NCBI RefSeq assembly: GCF_006345805.1
Contig: NC_043015.1
Location: forward strand, 4,216,001-4,280,000
DNA length: 64,000 nt
Direction: 5' to 3'
From: Octopus sinensis
Lineage: Eukaryota
Shown: positions 27,440 through 42,321 of the stretch, one piece after another
Numbering within the stretch: the first letter of the stretch is position 1
How the letters are laid out: each line of letters starts with the position of its first letter
Program-made: the position numbers and the translations under genes
The notes under the pieces: generated by a model
Seen by the model: only the letters and a program-made list of their open reading frames with translations
The model's database searches: none
Told to the model about the DNA's origin: nothing

Positions 27440-28497
27440 GGTGTTCAGGAAACTACAAACACCGTGAACCTCTTACGTACGCTTCGAAATAAATGGAAAT
27501 CCGATGATGCAAGGTCAGGTCTATATGGTACATGTGACCTGAATTCCAAACCAAGCTCCAATACTTTTTCAGGAGTTAGCAAATACGTGTGTGGTCTAGC
27601 GCTGTCATGTTGGAACACGGTTCTTTCAGGATTTGCCACTTCAGGCTGTTAAGGTTGATTGCTTCCTTCAGTTTCATTAGTCGTTGAAAGTAAAATCTGA
27701 AGTGATCGTTTGGCTCGCTGGAAGCAGCTTAAAATACGCAACACATATGTAATCCCACCAAATTGACAACATGTTCTTTGATGCAATTCTATTTTTTGAT
27801 GTGGTTTGTGTTGTTTCATTACGCTTCGACCATAATCGTTTTCGATTGATGTTATTGTCGACAATCCATTTTTCATATCATTGATACTTCGTTTAAAGAA
27901 AACAATCGATTACATTGCGATTGAAATGCATATCGCAAATATTGATTCGTTGTGCTAAGTGAATCGCTTTCAACTTATGTGGAACACAAAAATCGAGCTT
28001 CTTAACGAGTGCAATATATTTTAAGTTATTTTCAGTTGTTGTGTGTGATGCCTTTAACTCCTCTATAATCTCAGGCGCAGTCATATATATCAGATTCAAT
28101 TATGGCTTTGATTCAGTGTTCATCGACTTCAGTAGGTCAACCAGAACGTTGGTGAACTTTGAATCAAAAGTCTCCAGAAAACACCGAATGTTTTTTACAC
28201 CCTTTCTGAAGGTGAATTATGTTAAGCAATCAACACGATAAACTTCACATATCTCTTTGTGAGCTTCAGTAGCTTTCCTGCTTTACAGAAATAAAAAAGG
28301 AAAATATGACGATAATATTCGTTTTCGCACACAATGTTAAAATTTACACTGAACTAACAACTGCAAACAAAAGCAAACTACGAATAACTGCTATTAAATG
28401 TCAAAAGTAAAAAATATATAAAATTGACAGTCATTCAAGAAAATCACAAACCTATCTATTTGTGAAAAACGAAAACACGTTTCTGCCAAACCAATAT
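27440..28497 (-). mobile_element. Mariner transposon relic
   Basis: CVPHKL (WVPHxL), FQHDSARPH, PYRPDLASSDFHLFRS (YSPDL motif); TIR-like TATTGGTTTGGCAG. Confidence 0.9.
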
Positions 28498-28869
28498 ATA
28501 CAAAATAATATTAAGAATTGATGAATTAAATAGAAGATAGATTTAGCACTAGCCATTTCTCAGTAAGACGATCGTTTCAACCCTACCTGAAACTGTTCCT
28601 GAAGGGTAGGATTTTGTCCGTCTAATAATGTTGCATCAGTCTCTGTAGTTTGTGTCACATCTAGTACATTCATAAAGAAGGGACATCTGTTTCCTGCTTG
28701 TACCAGATGTGACGCAAACTGCACAGATGCACAAGCCCCCGCCAAAAAGTACAGTTGTTGGATGAATCAAAACGATCATCGCACTAAATCAAAACTACTG
28801 TTAAAAATATATCCTCCGTTTCCTTCATCATTTATTATTATCTCAACTAACTATGCAGAATACCCAATG

Positions 28870-28905
<36 letters not shown>

Positions 28906-28908
28906 CAT

Positions 28909-29065
28909 TGGGGAGAATTGATAAAAGAAAACAAAAGACGAAGACATGTGGTGTAGACAACAAGCAGATGTATTAGGTTAACGCTCCGGAAGTGAAAAAC
29001 TCTTTAATGTTTCGAGCATACGCTCCCACACAGAAAGGAACACAGAAAGAAGAAAGGAGAGAAAA
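28909..29065 (-). mobile_element. TA-embedded short repeat with degenerate HHR (family shared with 36335-36447 and 47783-47895)
   Basis: Minus strand GAGC-gtat-GCTC-GAAACATTAAAGAG; body homologous to 36335-36447. Confidence 0.6.
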
Positions 29066-31734
29066 TATATATAACCGTGGATGACACAAGGTAGGCGAAA
29101 CTGTGAATGTGCTTTACTCAACACACAAATTGACATATACCCATTGTGGATTAGTAATCATCGATCTCCAAAATTACATACACACACACACACACACTCA
29201 TCACATCACACAAACACACACTTGTAAATAAATAAATAAAAGTTTACTTCATAGTTTTCAGAATTTAAGGGTTTCAAACCGTAGAGTTTTCTATAGAAGA
29301 ACGTGAGAGAAATATCATATCAATTGGTCTTAAGATTGCCTTGAGAGCAACGAACTAAACTGGATGGTGATTTTACTTACAAAATTTAAATACTAATGTA
29401 AGACGACTAATCGTTTATGTATGGAAATTCAGATGTTCATTCAAACAATGGGGAAATACACTATGACCAAGCACATACCAATGCTTCAGTAAATTATATT
29501 TTAGTTGAGCATTTCCTTTTTTAATGTGATGGTGCACTTTCAGGGCGTTCTGGATGCTATATCGAAATGCTCCTTCTAGCTTCGAATATAGTCATTATTT
29601 TCTGCAACATAACCTCAAATGAAAAATCTCAGTGAAGTATTCGGTGTACGATGTCTAACATTTTAATGTGTCACAGTTAATTTCTTCATGTAAAAAAGAA
29701 AAAAAAAACAAACAGTTTATCCATCATTTGTCAAAGACACGTTAAATATTTGCCTAGCAACCATCAACAGAAATTTCACCTTTTACAGTTTATGTAAATT
29801 TTGCATAGTAACTAAACGATTCAGTAGTAGGCACTATGTTGTTAAAATATTATCTCAATATAGATTTCTTTTTATTGATTGACCTGGTAACATAGTAGGA
29901 CATCTATGATCTGCAGGGTCAAATACACAGTAATTAATTGACACAACAAGTTATTCACATTTATTCGATATCTACCTTTCATTAAACTTGTAAATAAAGT
30001 GTTCACTTGCAGAGATTGACTGGCTTCAGACAAACTGACGTTGATAAATTATTATTCAGGCGCTTCCTCGGTAATAACAAAAAATCTATTTTAGTTTTAT
30101 CGTGTATCATCATAAATTGAGTGTGCATGACTTATTAAAACGTATATAATAATTTTCCTTGCTAAAACACATAGGACGCCGATTTTAAGAAAATGACTGC
30201 ATGCGTAATATACATTACCTCCATGTATTGGAAGGTTACCATATGCTGTTAAAAATGGAGTTAACGCAATAAATAAATAAAACCTTGAGGTTTTCGATGT
30301 TATGTACTTATTGATGTTTATTCTCATTTTACTATATCGGTATTTAAAATTACAATCCTTTACAGCAAGTGAAAGTAGTTAAATAATGTTTCTCTCCTTG
30401 ATACAAATAGCAAATAATTAAGCAGAAATGTGAAGCAACATTCTTTAAAAATGCTTGATTTTGCTGCATTGCATATTCTTGAATGTAGCAGCATGAATGT
30501 AGAAGTCGGTATATTGGAAAAATAAGTTTATGAGTAAATGTAACTGAATAGGTATATGAAAGAAGTTATATAACGTAACACGAAATCTAGACGTTTGTTA
30601 AAATTTGATTACTTCGTTCATAAATCAGGCGAGCACAGGTGCGTTATGCACAAACATTATGTACTGCCTTCCCGAAATCACTAACATAGACTTTTTCTTC
30701 GATCCAAACATAAATAGATATTAATGATTGGTTGAGAAGCAAAATATTTTCGATTCACAGAATATTGAATTAATAAACCATTAGATCAATTTTCATTCAA
30801 AACTATTTTTTGTATCCATGCGATGGTTTCCTTTGGGATATCATGATCAGAAATTTGCTCATAGAAAATAGACAATGTGAATTATATGGTGTAAGAAAGT
30901 ATTGACCAATTGAAGAACAATTGCCGATAATTCGAACACGGCTTATTCAGAGGCAAATTAGCTTAGTCATTTATAGTTTTCAGAGTTTCTATGAAGGGGA
31001 GAAGGAGGCGACAGTGTTATGCTCTCTCATATGGCCTATTTTTGAAGCTTAAGATATTGAGGACTCGTTAAATTGCAAACAAGTTAATCGAAGGTGTGTT
31101 AAAACTTGTGATGAACTATGTTACTCATCCATGATAATGAACCGTACAGTAGAAAACTTCGGATAATATTTGTCCCCTATATGCGACTCACATGTGTTCA
31201 TTCAGCCCATGCTGGGGAGTAGTTTGCAAGCAAATATATCGTAATTACAAAAGAATTGTATAAACACATACGGTAGCTGTTACTCAAACTTATGCAACGG
31301 TCAGATTTGGTTTTTTCTCGTATAATTAGAAAGCCTTTTCTAAAGGATAAAATTGGATGAAATAGTTGCATCAATCGTGACACATTAATTATATTGATCC
31401 AGAAACAAATAATCGCAGGGTTTCCCTTGCGGAATAATTGAAATGTGGAACGTAAATCGCCGAGACAATGGAAAGAGAAATTTAAGATGTTGGAATGAAT
31501 CTGACAATTCACGAGACTAAGCTGATGATTATTAACACCGTTTATTAACCGTAAGACGTTCATTATTTAAGTTCTGTCATAATTTTATGTAAAGCGTATT
31601 TTTGTATCCTCCATGCTTATTTTATCAGTGCATCAAAATCTCTTAAAAACTACTTGTTATAACGAAACTGAGTAAACATCTGCAGTTTCTGTGTGATTGT
31701 ACCATTTATACTTAATTTTAAAACAATGTACGTC

Positions 31735-31945
31735 AACGAAGTGGCAGAATAATTACATAACTAAGCAAAAATATTTTGCCGCATTTTACCGGCCTTTACG
31801 TTCTGCGTTCAAATTCCGCTGAGACCGAATATGCTATTCACTCTTCTCGGGGTCGAAAAAATGAGAATCAGTTTAGCGCCAGGGTCACTCTAATCGATTT
31901 TCTTACTCAGACAAACATTCTGGCCTTGTCCCAAAAATTGAAATC
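31735..31945 (+). mobile_element. SINE family A, diverged
   Basis: TTACGTTCTGCGTTCAAATTCCGC..GGGGTCGAAAAA..TGGCCTTGT. Confidence 0.7.
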
Positions 31946-33159
31946 AGTATTATGAAAATGTAAGTTATATTTGGATCGTGGCGTAAAGGATATTCAGGGT
32001 TAGTTCAAATAATTTTGTGAGAGATGTGAAATTTTTAATATTGTATATATTGCAGTCATGACCGTGATGATTGAGATAACTTGAATGATAATATGTATAT
32101 ATATGTTATTATGTTACTCTCTCACCAATTTTACAAGGAAGTGTGTATTTTTGAATACTCACTCATGTTTTAAACTTAATACAGCGTTTTAAGAGCATGA
32201 GAGTGCGTGTGTGCTTGGATATCAGGATATGTGCCTTCGTGTGGGTGGGGGGGGGCGTGTGGGTGTTTGTGTGTGTTTGTGTGTGTGGTAATTCTAGTTT
32301 TACATTTTTCAACGGAAGAGTTCCGCCTAGGAGGTCTTCAATTGCAATCTAAGGAATCAGCATTCGACCTACGACATTACTTCCCATATGAATGCTATTA
32401 TATTCTCTCCAAATATATCATTAACGAATGTCCAAATGACAAGGTGACAGAAGACATTCACTTATTCAGAGCAAGCGATGTTTGGTGCAAATACGAAGAT
32501 TCCATTCATATGTAAATTATTTTATTTCGAAAACTAGAAGATGAGCATAATGCCATAATGAATATGAAGTACATTATCACTCATAAATAGAGTAAATTCT
32601 AAACATTAGCAGGAAAATTACACCTGGTGAATTACACGGCTTGATACACCAATTATAATGTTAAATCTCTTATTAGAAGTGATTTGTGTTTTGTTTTAAT
32701 TAATCGTACTATACCGTAGTTGAATCGTAAATTTACACTTATATCTTAATGTGCGGAAAGCAAAAAATATAAAATACAGCATGTATAAACCATTATGTAG
32801 TCTTGACAAACACAAGTACTTGAAATTATCTCAGTCACTAATTATAATGCCTAGTTTGTTCTCATAGAAGTCTCGACATTATAACTGTTAATGATATTAA
32901 TATCTAAAAAGAAAAAAAGTATCTCAAAACAAAATACAAGTTAATATTGCAGATAAGATCCTATATTAAAATTGTGTATCAATGCAAATTAATTTGAAGC
33001 AAAAATCTAAATATTCTCTTTCGGCATAAAAACCCAAATGGACTCTGTAGGAAGCAATACATAATTTGTGCATTAACACACCCTACCGTCTCTTTCTATC
33101 CCTATGGTAAATACAAATATGCAAGCACACTCATACACATACATACTTCTACATACATT

Positions 33160-33247
<88 letters not shown>

Positions 33248-33250
33248 GTA

Positions 33251-33293
<43 letters not shown>

Positions 33294-35324
33294 TATATAT
33301 ATGTATGTATATATATATATCAATAATTGCATCTATGTTTTAGCCCTTCGGATGAAGGAAAGAGCAAATGAATTCAAACTCCTTCATACATCCTCAAAAT
33401 GATACTTCAGTTGCAAATCTGCTGTTCAATTTTAATATTTCATTCAGATATTCGTTATTGAGAATCCGGAAGCTTGTAGCTCTTCTTCAAATATCTTATT
33501 ACGTTGTTTAACAGATATTATAATTGAGTTACCATTGCCATGAGCAAATTCAAAATAATATCAACACATTACTGGATTCTTTAAAAGTGTGTGGACTAAC
33601 ATTTGAAACAAGAAGTGGGAACTATGTGCTCAGAAATGGTTTCCTTGGCTTTAAGGTATAATGATAAGAGAAAACAAAATAAATGTATAATTTTAAATCC
33701 CGTGAATATTTAAAACCAAATGCTCTTCTTATTTGAAGTGGTTTAATAATGTTTTAGGTATTTAAAAAATATCGTAGTGGAAAATAATTAAACATAGTTA
33801 ATGATATCTAAAAAGAATCACGTGTAGCACACCAAAGAGAGAAATTCGAGAGATTATCATTGGTTTGAGGACTTGCTAAAGATGGCAGCAATATAAACCC
33901 TAAACGTTTTCTGCTGTTTTACAAAATGAGCGAGTTTTTAATAAATTAGAATCTAACAGAACCGTTTATAACCTGCCTTCGTTCCATCACTTCTATTCCC
34001 TCACACTTGAGGCACTGTTCCTTAACTGGGATGTAGAAGAAGCGTGTCAGGTTGTGGGGAAGGCATCTCAGTTATAGAATGTTTATATAACACATCGCAG
34101 TGATAGGCACTATTAAAAGATGTTACATACTGGCCATAGAATCGAAACGCAAGGAAAAAAAGTCCTGCTCTTCGGCACCTAACAATTCACATCTATGCCG
34201 AATGATATCACCGTGGTACACTAGAGGTGTTATGCCGCTAAATCAAGGTCACGTGCAGAACAATCTCAGCCAGATGTGAAGCGAAACATGGAGGGAAAGA
34301 GAGAGAGAGAGTGTGGTGTGTGTGTGCGCGCGCGCGTGTGTGTGTGTGTGTGTGTGTGAGCTATCGTTGAAAGTTAAGGTGGATTGTAAATGTTGCCTAC
34401 TCGTTGTGTTTTGCTCCACGTCCTGGCTAGTAGGACAGGAGGACTTGTAATTTATCATTGTCAGAAAAAGAGAGAAACAGTTGAGCAGTAGGCTATAGGA
34501 ACAGTAGGAACAGTAGGCTAACAAAACGCTGAATGTGTGAAGTGGCCCAAAATGTACAATATACACGACGGAAATCTGAGTATCGAGGACAGTCAACTAA
34601 CTGGTTTGCTCCGGAGAGATTTTCAAACAAGACCCATGTAAAATCCTGACCGAGGAGTGCTATCAGTGTGTATTTCTAGATTTGGATAAACTCAACTAAT
34701 TTAAGAATCGCCTTGGTTGGTAATATCTGCAATACCTGCTAAACAATGAACTATTGCTGCCTGCATGAAATTATGTAAAATGATGTACCTTTTATATTAA
34801 ATGCATAATCTAAACGAAGGTTTTTCTATAATGTTTTTATAACGCTCCTATTTCACTCAGAATTATGTGTGGTCAAAGTCTATAATCAATTAAATTCTAC
34901 TCTATGGGATAGAAACCTTGATGCCATAATTATGTAGCGAATTTATCACTTTCATATATACACTAACAACGCCGTCACACACGTATTCATAGTTGTCTAA
35001 ATGTAATTCTTTGTACGAATTTATGCATGTACATGCATACACATATGCATTTATGTAATCATGAATAATGCCTGTATTTGCATTTGCATTTGTATATAGT
35101 TGTATGAGCGGAGTCTCGCAAGAGACGAGTTAGTATGAACCATGAGATTGTAGCGATAACATTCCTTTGTCCATCAAATTTTATAGATCTTCAGGATGTT
35201 AAATTTAGGCCGAAAAATGTCCTCCCATCTTTTATTGTACTTAGATTTTAGCAGAAATTTCACATGACGATGTTCCTGATAAAACCAGCATATTCGACTG
35301 TAAAACGCATTAAACTAATCTTAC

Positions 35325-35476
35325 TTTCAGCAAAGCTGCCTTGTTCTACATTTATTGTCAAATTGCTGTATTTCTGTAACTCAAATATTTCCACCTCGAG
35401 ATTTTTTTTCTTTTTTCTTTCGATTTTATTTTTTTCCTGCTTTTTCAGCATTGTTCTGTACATAAATGACTTTATG
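35325..35476 (-). CDS. Candidate internal exon, unknown (pseudo)gene
   Basis: CTTTTACAG| acceptor, |GTAAGA donor; 50 open codons IKSFMYRTMLKKQEKNKIERKKKKNLEVEIFELQKYSNLTINVEQGSFAE. Confidence 0.3.
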
Positions 35477-36334
35477 CTGTAAAAGCATAGCTGACCGCTA
35501 AGGAATTTCCATATTCATGTACACGTATTAACAGTTTGAAACAGATAGTTTACAACTTTCATATTAATATCAGCGTTTGCGTGCTGTAAAGCAAGTGCAT
35601 TCTGAGGTTTACAGGTTTATAATTTTTATGATATTATTTTATATTTTGATGGTTATATTGTACGTTCCCTTTTATTATGTTGTATATACTGTTTTGTTTG
35701 AATACAATAAGGAACAATTGTATGACTAGATGTGCTTTCATGAATGTGGTGATGAATTTCTTCTAAAAGGGAATTGCGATTTAAAATAATTGGCAGATGC
35801 GTTGGTTTTTTGGCAGTGCAAAAAGTGCATTCAATAGTTATTACCGAATACACTTAACTGAGTATTTTGAAGAACATTTTTAAGAAGCATTTACACACAC
35901 AACAACAACACATTTACACTCATTCACTCATACACTCACACATGGAGACACATATGTATGCGTTATGTACGTAAGTCTGGGTTTATGTTTGAGTGTGCAC
36001 GGGATTGTCTGAGTGTGTTTGGGTATTACGTCCATGTAAAAATCTCTTCCGATCACCGAATCTCAGCTATGTGGATACTAGTTTTAAATGCCTATTTGAG
36101 AAACTTAGGAATTCTAAGCATCGCTCTCCGAGGAGTCTTCCGGTTTCAGTCTAACAAGTTCACTCGCCGGTATTTAGTTGATCTAGAGATATAGTTGTAG
36201 AAAACAATTGCCTGAGACGCCAAGCTGTCTTACTGAAAACGGAGCCATATGTTGGGGCAGAAAGCATACCACATTGTAAGAATAAATATATTTCTAGACA
36301 GATATACACACTTGTGTTTCGTATCTGCGGGATC

Positions 36335-36447
36335 GCGTAGGCTCGAAACGTTAAAGACTTTTTTCAATTCCGGAGCGTTATATTAATACATCTGTTTGTT
36401 TTCTACACCACTTGTCTTCGTCTTTTGATATTTTCGTGAATTCTCCC
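36335..36447 (+). mobile_element. TA-embedded short repeat, 3' half of an HHR
   Basis: GCGTAGGCTC-GAAACGTTAAAGAC; homologous to 28909-29025. Confidence 0.6.
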
Positions 36448-36511
<64 letters not shown>

Positions 36512-36521
36512 TATATATATA

Positions 36522-36746
36522 CTTTATTTAAAGCAGCAGAACATTCAACAAAATCTGTTACTCTGAGTTTCTCGATGCCGTCATCAGACAGTTTTTGTTA
36601 GAAAACTGCCTGATGAACGGCAGCGAGAAACTCAGGGTAACAGATTTTGTTGAAATTTCTGCTGCTTTAAATAAAGCATATTACTCTATCGCTGGTATTT
36701 GAGTACTCTTTTTTTCCACCTTGTTTCACATTTATGTGTTTACTCC

Positions 36747-36748
<2 letters not shown>
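36522..36748. ncRNA. Fold-back pair of minimal hammerhead ribozymes in a TA-embedded element
   Basis: Arms 36522-36595 and 36602-36676. Plus strand: CTGC-CTGATGA-acggcagcga-GAAA-CTCAGGG-TA-ACAG. Minus strand: CTGT-CTGATGA-cggcatcga-GAAA-CTCAGAG-TA-ACAG. Confidence 0.7.
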
Positions 36749-36821
<73 letters not shown>

Positions 36822-36829
36822 GGCTAACA

Positions 36830-37300
36830 GCCGTTGTTCTGTCATCGAAGTACACACCGGTCCATCCCTGAGGAATGTTTTACCGAGCAGAAACACCCCA
36901 GAGAGTACCGTGGGATTTACACTCACCACGTTTTCCATCAACGACATCAAAACCTGCTCGTGGGCCTATGTAATGTAATACGTAGTCTGCAATAAATGTG
37001 AAGCGTTCTACATAGGGAGCACCACCAAGAAGACATTTCCATAAAGAAACACCTCAAGACGTGCCAAAGCTGGAATTTGAAAGTTTCCATCACGCCATTA
37101 ATAAAATGAAAGATCTACACGATTCATACCAGTTGCTATATCAACAACCGTCCACACGTCACATTCCTCCCTTCTTCTATTTTACTTTCCCCACATACAT
37201 ACATGCACACATTTGTCAGCAGCAAATTTTGTCCAATCACCGCTTTTCTGGGAGTCATGAAGAAAAGGTCTTCATCCTGTAATATATAAACAGAAGGTAG
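36830..37300 (+). mobile_element. Penelope-like GIY-YIG endonuclease fragment
   Basis: KTCSWAYVM*YVVCNKCEAFYIGSTT at ~36949-37026 fits C..VVY..CxxC..YIGxT. Confidence 0.65.
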
Positions 37301-38523
37301 AACTGTAATATTGTCCTGTTTTCTTGTCAATTTATAATTTGATTTGTACCTTCTCACCTTGCTCCACCAATATCTTTAGATCATTGATCAAAACTTCATG
37401 GAATAGATTCAAATGTATTTTGCCTAAAATTGAGTTTCTGCATTCCTGTAGTAGTAAAGATGCGCGAATGTTAAGGCAAAAGAAGCCAAATTCTCTATAT
37501 TCAAACAGTTCTCTATGGAGCTTAAAGAGGCCCTCTCTTAATATATGAACACACGTACATTATTACCACTTTATTGATGACTTTTTCTGTTGAGAATAAA
37601 CGTGAACTTCACAAATAATGCTGGCTTAAGTCAGGTATGTATCATCACATTCCTTAATTCCTTTCAGTAAGCATGTAGTAGACCACAGGTGTTCAAATTA
37701 TATTTTGAGAATTACAAGACGAATGACAAAGTCTAGAGAAAGGAAATTACCGCGCATGCTGAGTAGAATGACAGATGACATGGCAAGTTTAATTGTACGT
37801 AATGTATCCACTGTTTATAGCGACACCGCTAAGCTGACTGCGATGATATGTCTTTACTATTGAATATGATGATATATAAGCAGATATTTCCTAAAACATC
37901 CTACAAGCCAATGCATTAAATGAAACCTGTCGTCTGTCTAAATGAAAGCAATTAATCAAGAGTCTGTATTTGGAGGACATTTCCAATTATGTAATTCGAA
38001 ATTATATACAGATCTGCGTAACATGTATTGCAGTTCAAATGTATATGCAGTTGAACAACATATTTAAAACGCTGGTACAACTGTAAATGTACACAGATCA
38101 AACAGTAGAACATATGCAGAGCCGCACTCCACGATTATGTTGTTTCCAAAAATTTAAAATACAATGTATAATGCAATGCAGTGTGAAGAGATTAAATCGT
38201 CTTAATTTCCTAACAAATTTTGCAGCCGGTGAATTGGAGTGATAGCGATCGTCTCTAATTCATCCACAATGGAGAGGGACACCTCCTCTCCATGTGGTCG
38301 GCTTGAAACTTTTTTGAATATAAAAACATTATGCTTAAAGTAAAACCAAAACAGGGCTTCATATAGAAAAAAAGGAAAATTATCCACCAGTATGTTTCTG
38401 CAAGTTTGTGTAAGTATATATATGTATGGTGCTGGATATTTTTTGTCACTGATCTACATCTACGCATACATATATATATATATATATGTGCGTGTGTGTG
38501 TGTGTGTGTGCATGCGTGCGTGT

Positions 38524-38561
<38 letters not shown>

Positions 38562-38563
<2 letters not shown>

Positions 38564-38855
38564 AGGCACAGTGATTCAGTCGCTAGGGCAGAGGACTCGC
38601 GGTCGTAGCATCGGGCTTTCGATTCCCAGACAGGGCGTTGTGAGTGTTTATTGAGCAAAAGCCCCGAAAGCTCCACGAGACTCTGGCAGGGGGGGCGATC
38701 CCTGCCGTACTCTGTGCCACAACTTACTCTCACTTTCTTCTATTGGCCTGCTCGCATAGCCAGCGGGGTGGCGTCATTTGAAGGCTGAAACAATGCGAAG
38801 TGCATTGTGATCAGCGATGTGTAGCAACATCTGATAGCCTGGGCAGTCACGTGAT

Positions 38856-38863
<8 letters not shown>
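38562..38863 (+). mobile_element. SINE family C (tRNA-Arg-like head), tail type 1
   Basis: GGACTCGCGGTC..TTCGATTCCCAGAC head; ends TCACGTGATCACGTGA; homologous to 47388-47667. Confidence 0.85.
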
Positions 38864-38888
<25 letters not shown>

Positions 38889-38977
38889 CGCATATGTATG
38901 TAAATGTATATACATGTATATATAGAGGGAGATAGAGATAGATAGATAGATAGATACATGCATACATACACACATAC

Positions 38978-39019
<42 letters not shown>

Positions 39020-39133
39020 TGTGTGTGTATATACGCACAGACATAGATACATGCGTGTGTATGTATAAAACATAAAATAGCAAATATATATCCGGTGTTT
39101 TAGAAAATCTCTTTTTTTCACTTTCTTTATCTC

Positions 39134-39182
<49 letters not shown>

Positions 39183-42100
39183 CTAACTCGGACGACATTG
39201 CGTGACGTTGATAGTAAGAAGAATCGGAAGAATAATAAAGGAAGACATTATTAAACAGAATAAAGCATTCTTGAGCGGAAAGTGCAACAATTAAGCATGT
39301 TTTCAAATCTCCCATATACATGCACTTACATCTCCCATTCATAAAATACACACGCATACACACTCATACATTCACGTACACAAACACACAAGCACCAACG
39401 CAGTCACACACAAACACACATATATACGCCAATATACATATATCAATATACATATGCTCATTGATACAGGTACACGAACTCACAAGCACCTATATATCCC
39501 ATATATATGCTTATACTTACACGCACACACACACACACACAAACGGGTATACCCAGATATATACTTATATACGTAAGCATACATACATATTACGTGTATG
39601 TATGTGTATGTGTGCGTGTGTGTGTGTACAGAACTTATTTTATGGAACATTCTCATTTTTTCTTGTAATAATAATTGAATTTCAATGATTGTCATTTTCA
39701 TACCCAATATAGCACGTGAAAATAATTTTCAGATTTTTTGTAAATTATTAATCTGGACATTCAATTAAATGATAAGTGTTACTTGAATAGCAAAGTGAAA
39801 AAAAATATGAAATATCGAGAAATATTATCCATCAATAGATTGTAAGATAGCGAATTTTGTTTTTTAAATTACCTCAACGAAAATGATATTTGAAAACTAA
39901 TTCAATTTCTTTTCAAATTGGACGCAAATAATTTGAAATATATTTTTATATTCTTATTATAACATCAGCATACAATATCTTAGTAATTTTCTAAAAGATT
40001 CGAAGCAATAATTATTTGAAATATATATCTATACGCCATACATCTCTCTCCCGGTTATTTAAACAGACATATGCATAAATACAACCACACAGCCGTGCGC
40101 ATACACGCTCGCACATACATACATATATAAATATATCTATGCATACGTACATACATACCAAAAACACATACACATATTCGTGTATGGATGAATATATAAG
40201 TATACGGGTATATGTGTATATGTATGCATGTCATCTCTTATGTGTGTTCGTGCGGAAAGTTAATATACGTAAGTATGCATTTTATGTGCATTTTCTCAAT
40301 TAAAAAACAAATGCAATCTTCATGCTATAGTGTTTGATTTATGCGATTGCAAAATTACATATCGTTTTCTGTGCCAGAATGAAAAAGATATTAAAATGCA
40401 TATCTATTTATGAACATGAGCGTGCAAAGAAAAAAAGCTTTACTTTCAGAAGCAATGCAATAACTATGAAATACACGCTTTGTATAAATCTTGAAGAAGC
40501 AATGTAGGAAAGCCAAGAACTACATCTGAGAGGCATCAAATAACTTTTGCGAAGAAACTGCACAAATGTGAACAGCGTACACTGTATGGGTAAAAATATA
40601 TGTAAAGTATCAGTATTCGAAAACAAAATGACGCAATAAATATTTATGAAAATAATTTTATTTCCTGACAACCAAGTACTAGAACACGATGACTGTTTAA
40701 GCTATACAAATACAAGTGGTGGACCTTAACCATACACTTGATATCGGGATTATATGGTGTAAGTATCTCTCTTAAAGACCAGTAACAACCACTGTAATAC
40801 ATGTTTGCTGATGATAGATTTTTTTTACAGATTAGATATTTATCGAGTAACGAACACATTCCCCGACACATATTTTGATTTTAGAAAAAAAATACTAAAT
40901 AAAATAAAAGGAAAAGAAATAAATAAACAAAAATTATATTCGTTGACATACATAAAATAGCGATTAAAATGTAATAAATAGAAAGTTTCATAAAAACACA
41001 TAATTTAGCAAGAACAACATATCTGTAAACAAATTTGTATTAGGATTTTAGAAGTGTCGAATGTGTAAAGAAAAGAAAGTAATATTTGGAATGCAGTAAC
41101 ACCTTGAAAACAGCAGAAAAATTAAGTATTATTACTCTTGTAAACAGCCCAAAATAGTCCGTCCAGCAAGGGTGAAAATAATATTTATGTGAAATTAAAC
41201 AAACATGACCTGTAGAAAATAAGTAAGGTATATGAAGTGAAACATGAAATAATCAATAACATGTGGAATTATCAATTTGCACTCGTTAAAATATAAAAAT
41301 ATTACCCGCAAGATGTTTCCATATTCAAATAATATCATAAAAAAGTCTTAAACGATGTAACTCCATAGTTATCCAATGTAGCGGGAAACAGGTAGGTTAT
41401 GCTGTGATACGTTTTTCAATGAGAAACCACAATATCTTTACATCATAAAAAACAGCATCTCGTATTATCTGTATATATTCTGTTTCAATGCATCATTACG
41501 GAAACTCAAACGATTTGAGCATTACATTTAGTAAAAAATGCAAGCATGTGAATCTACAGTGACTGGAATGAACAAGTAAAACAGGGGAAAAAAAACTCTT
41601 ACACTTTGAAGTTAAAAAGCACACATTCCCTTTGATAAAGAAACATTGCTGTAGGATATTGAGTGTGAATCCTCACATATAATCAAGAGTTATAGCAGGC
41701 AACTTTGCAGCAAATATAAATGAAGAAATAAGCATCTATATCAATCTACCAACAAAAAGCGTAGTTTCACTAGCAGCATTCAAAGAAAAATTTAAAATGA
41801 GTTACCGTACCTTACAACACATATACACAAAATGAAATACCAATGTTCACACGTATTAAACGTCATGACTCCACTAAGATAAGCCTTGCAGAAGTTGAGA
41901 CTACATTGAGGATAAGTCGTAACAAAAGTATGCACAATGAATTAATGTCACCACTTATATGACCTTAAACATTTCATTACATGTAGCATGGATGTCATGT
42001 CACTATATCCATCAATTGATGTTCATCATCTAATAATAGTATGACAGGATATTGTGAGTATGATTTAGATTTTCCTCCTGACGACAATACAGAACTTACT

Positions 42101-42321
42101 CAGAGAAGTGAAAATTAATACATATAGGAATTGTTTAACCATTGCCCCATTGAAGAAGTATGTCGAAGTCTAACCAATTAGAAATAACAGAAAAAAGCCG
42201 CCATTGAGCACCAGAAGAAATGTATTAAGCACCCAAACATGTAACCCTACAAGAACATGTTTGATCTAGAAACACGCTAGCACGTTGCTTCTATGATAAA
42301 ACGAAGTTAAACGGACATATA

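Noticed and set aside
34310-34530. (GT)(GC)(GT) Z-DNA tract and CAGTAGG triplet repeat as a promoter
   Set aside because: No supportable downstream gene or start site; such tracts are common here.
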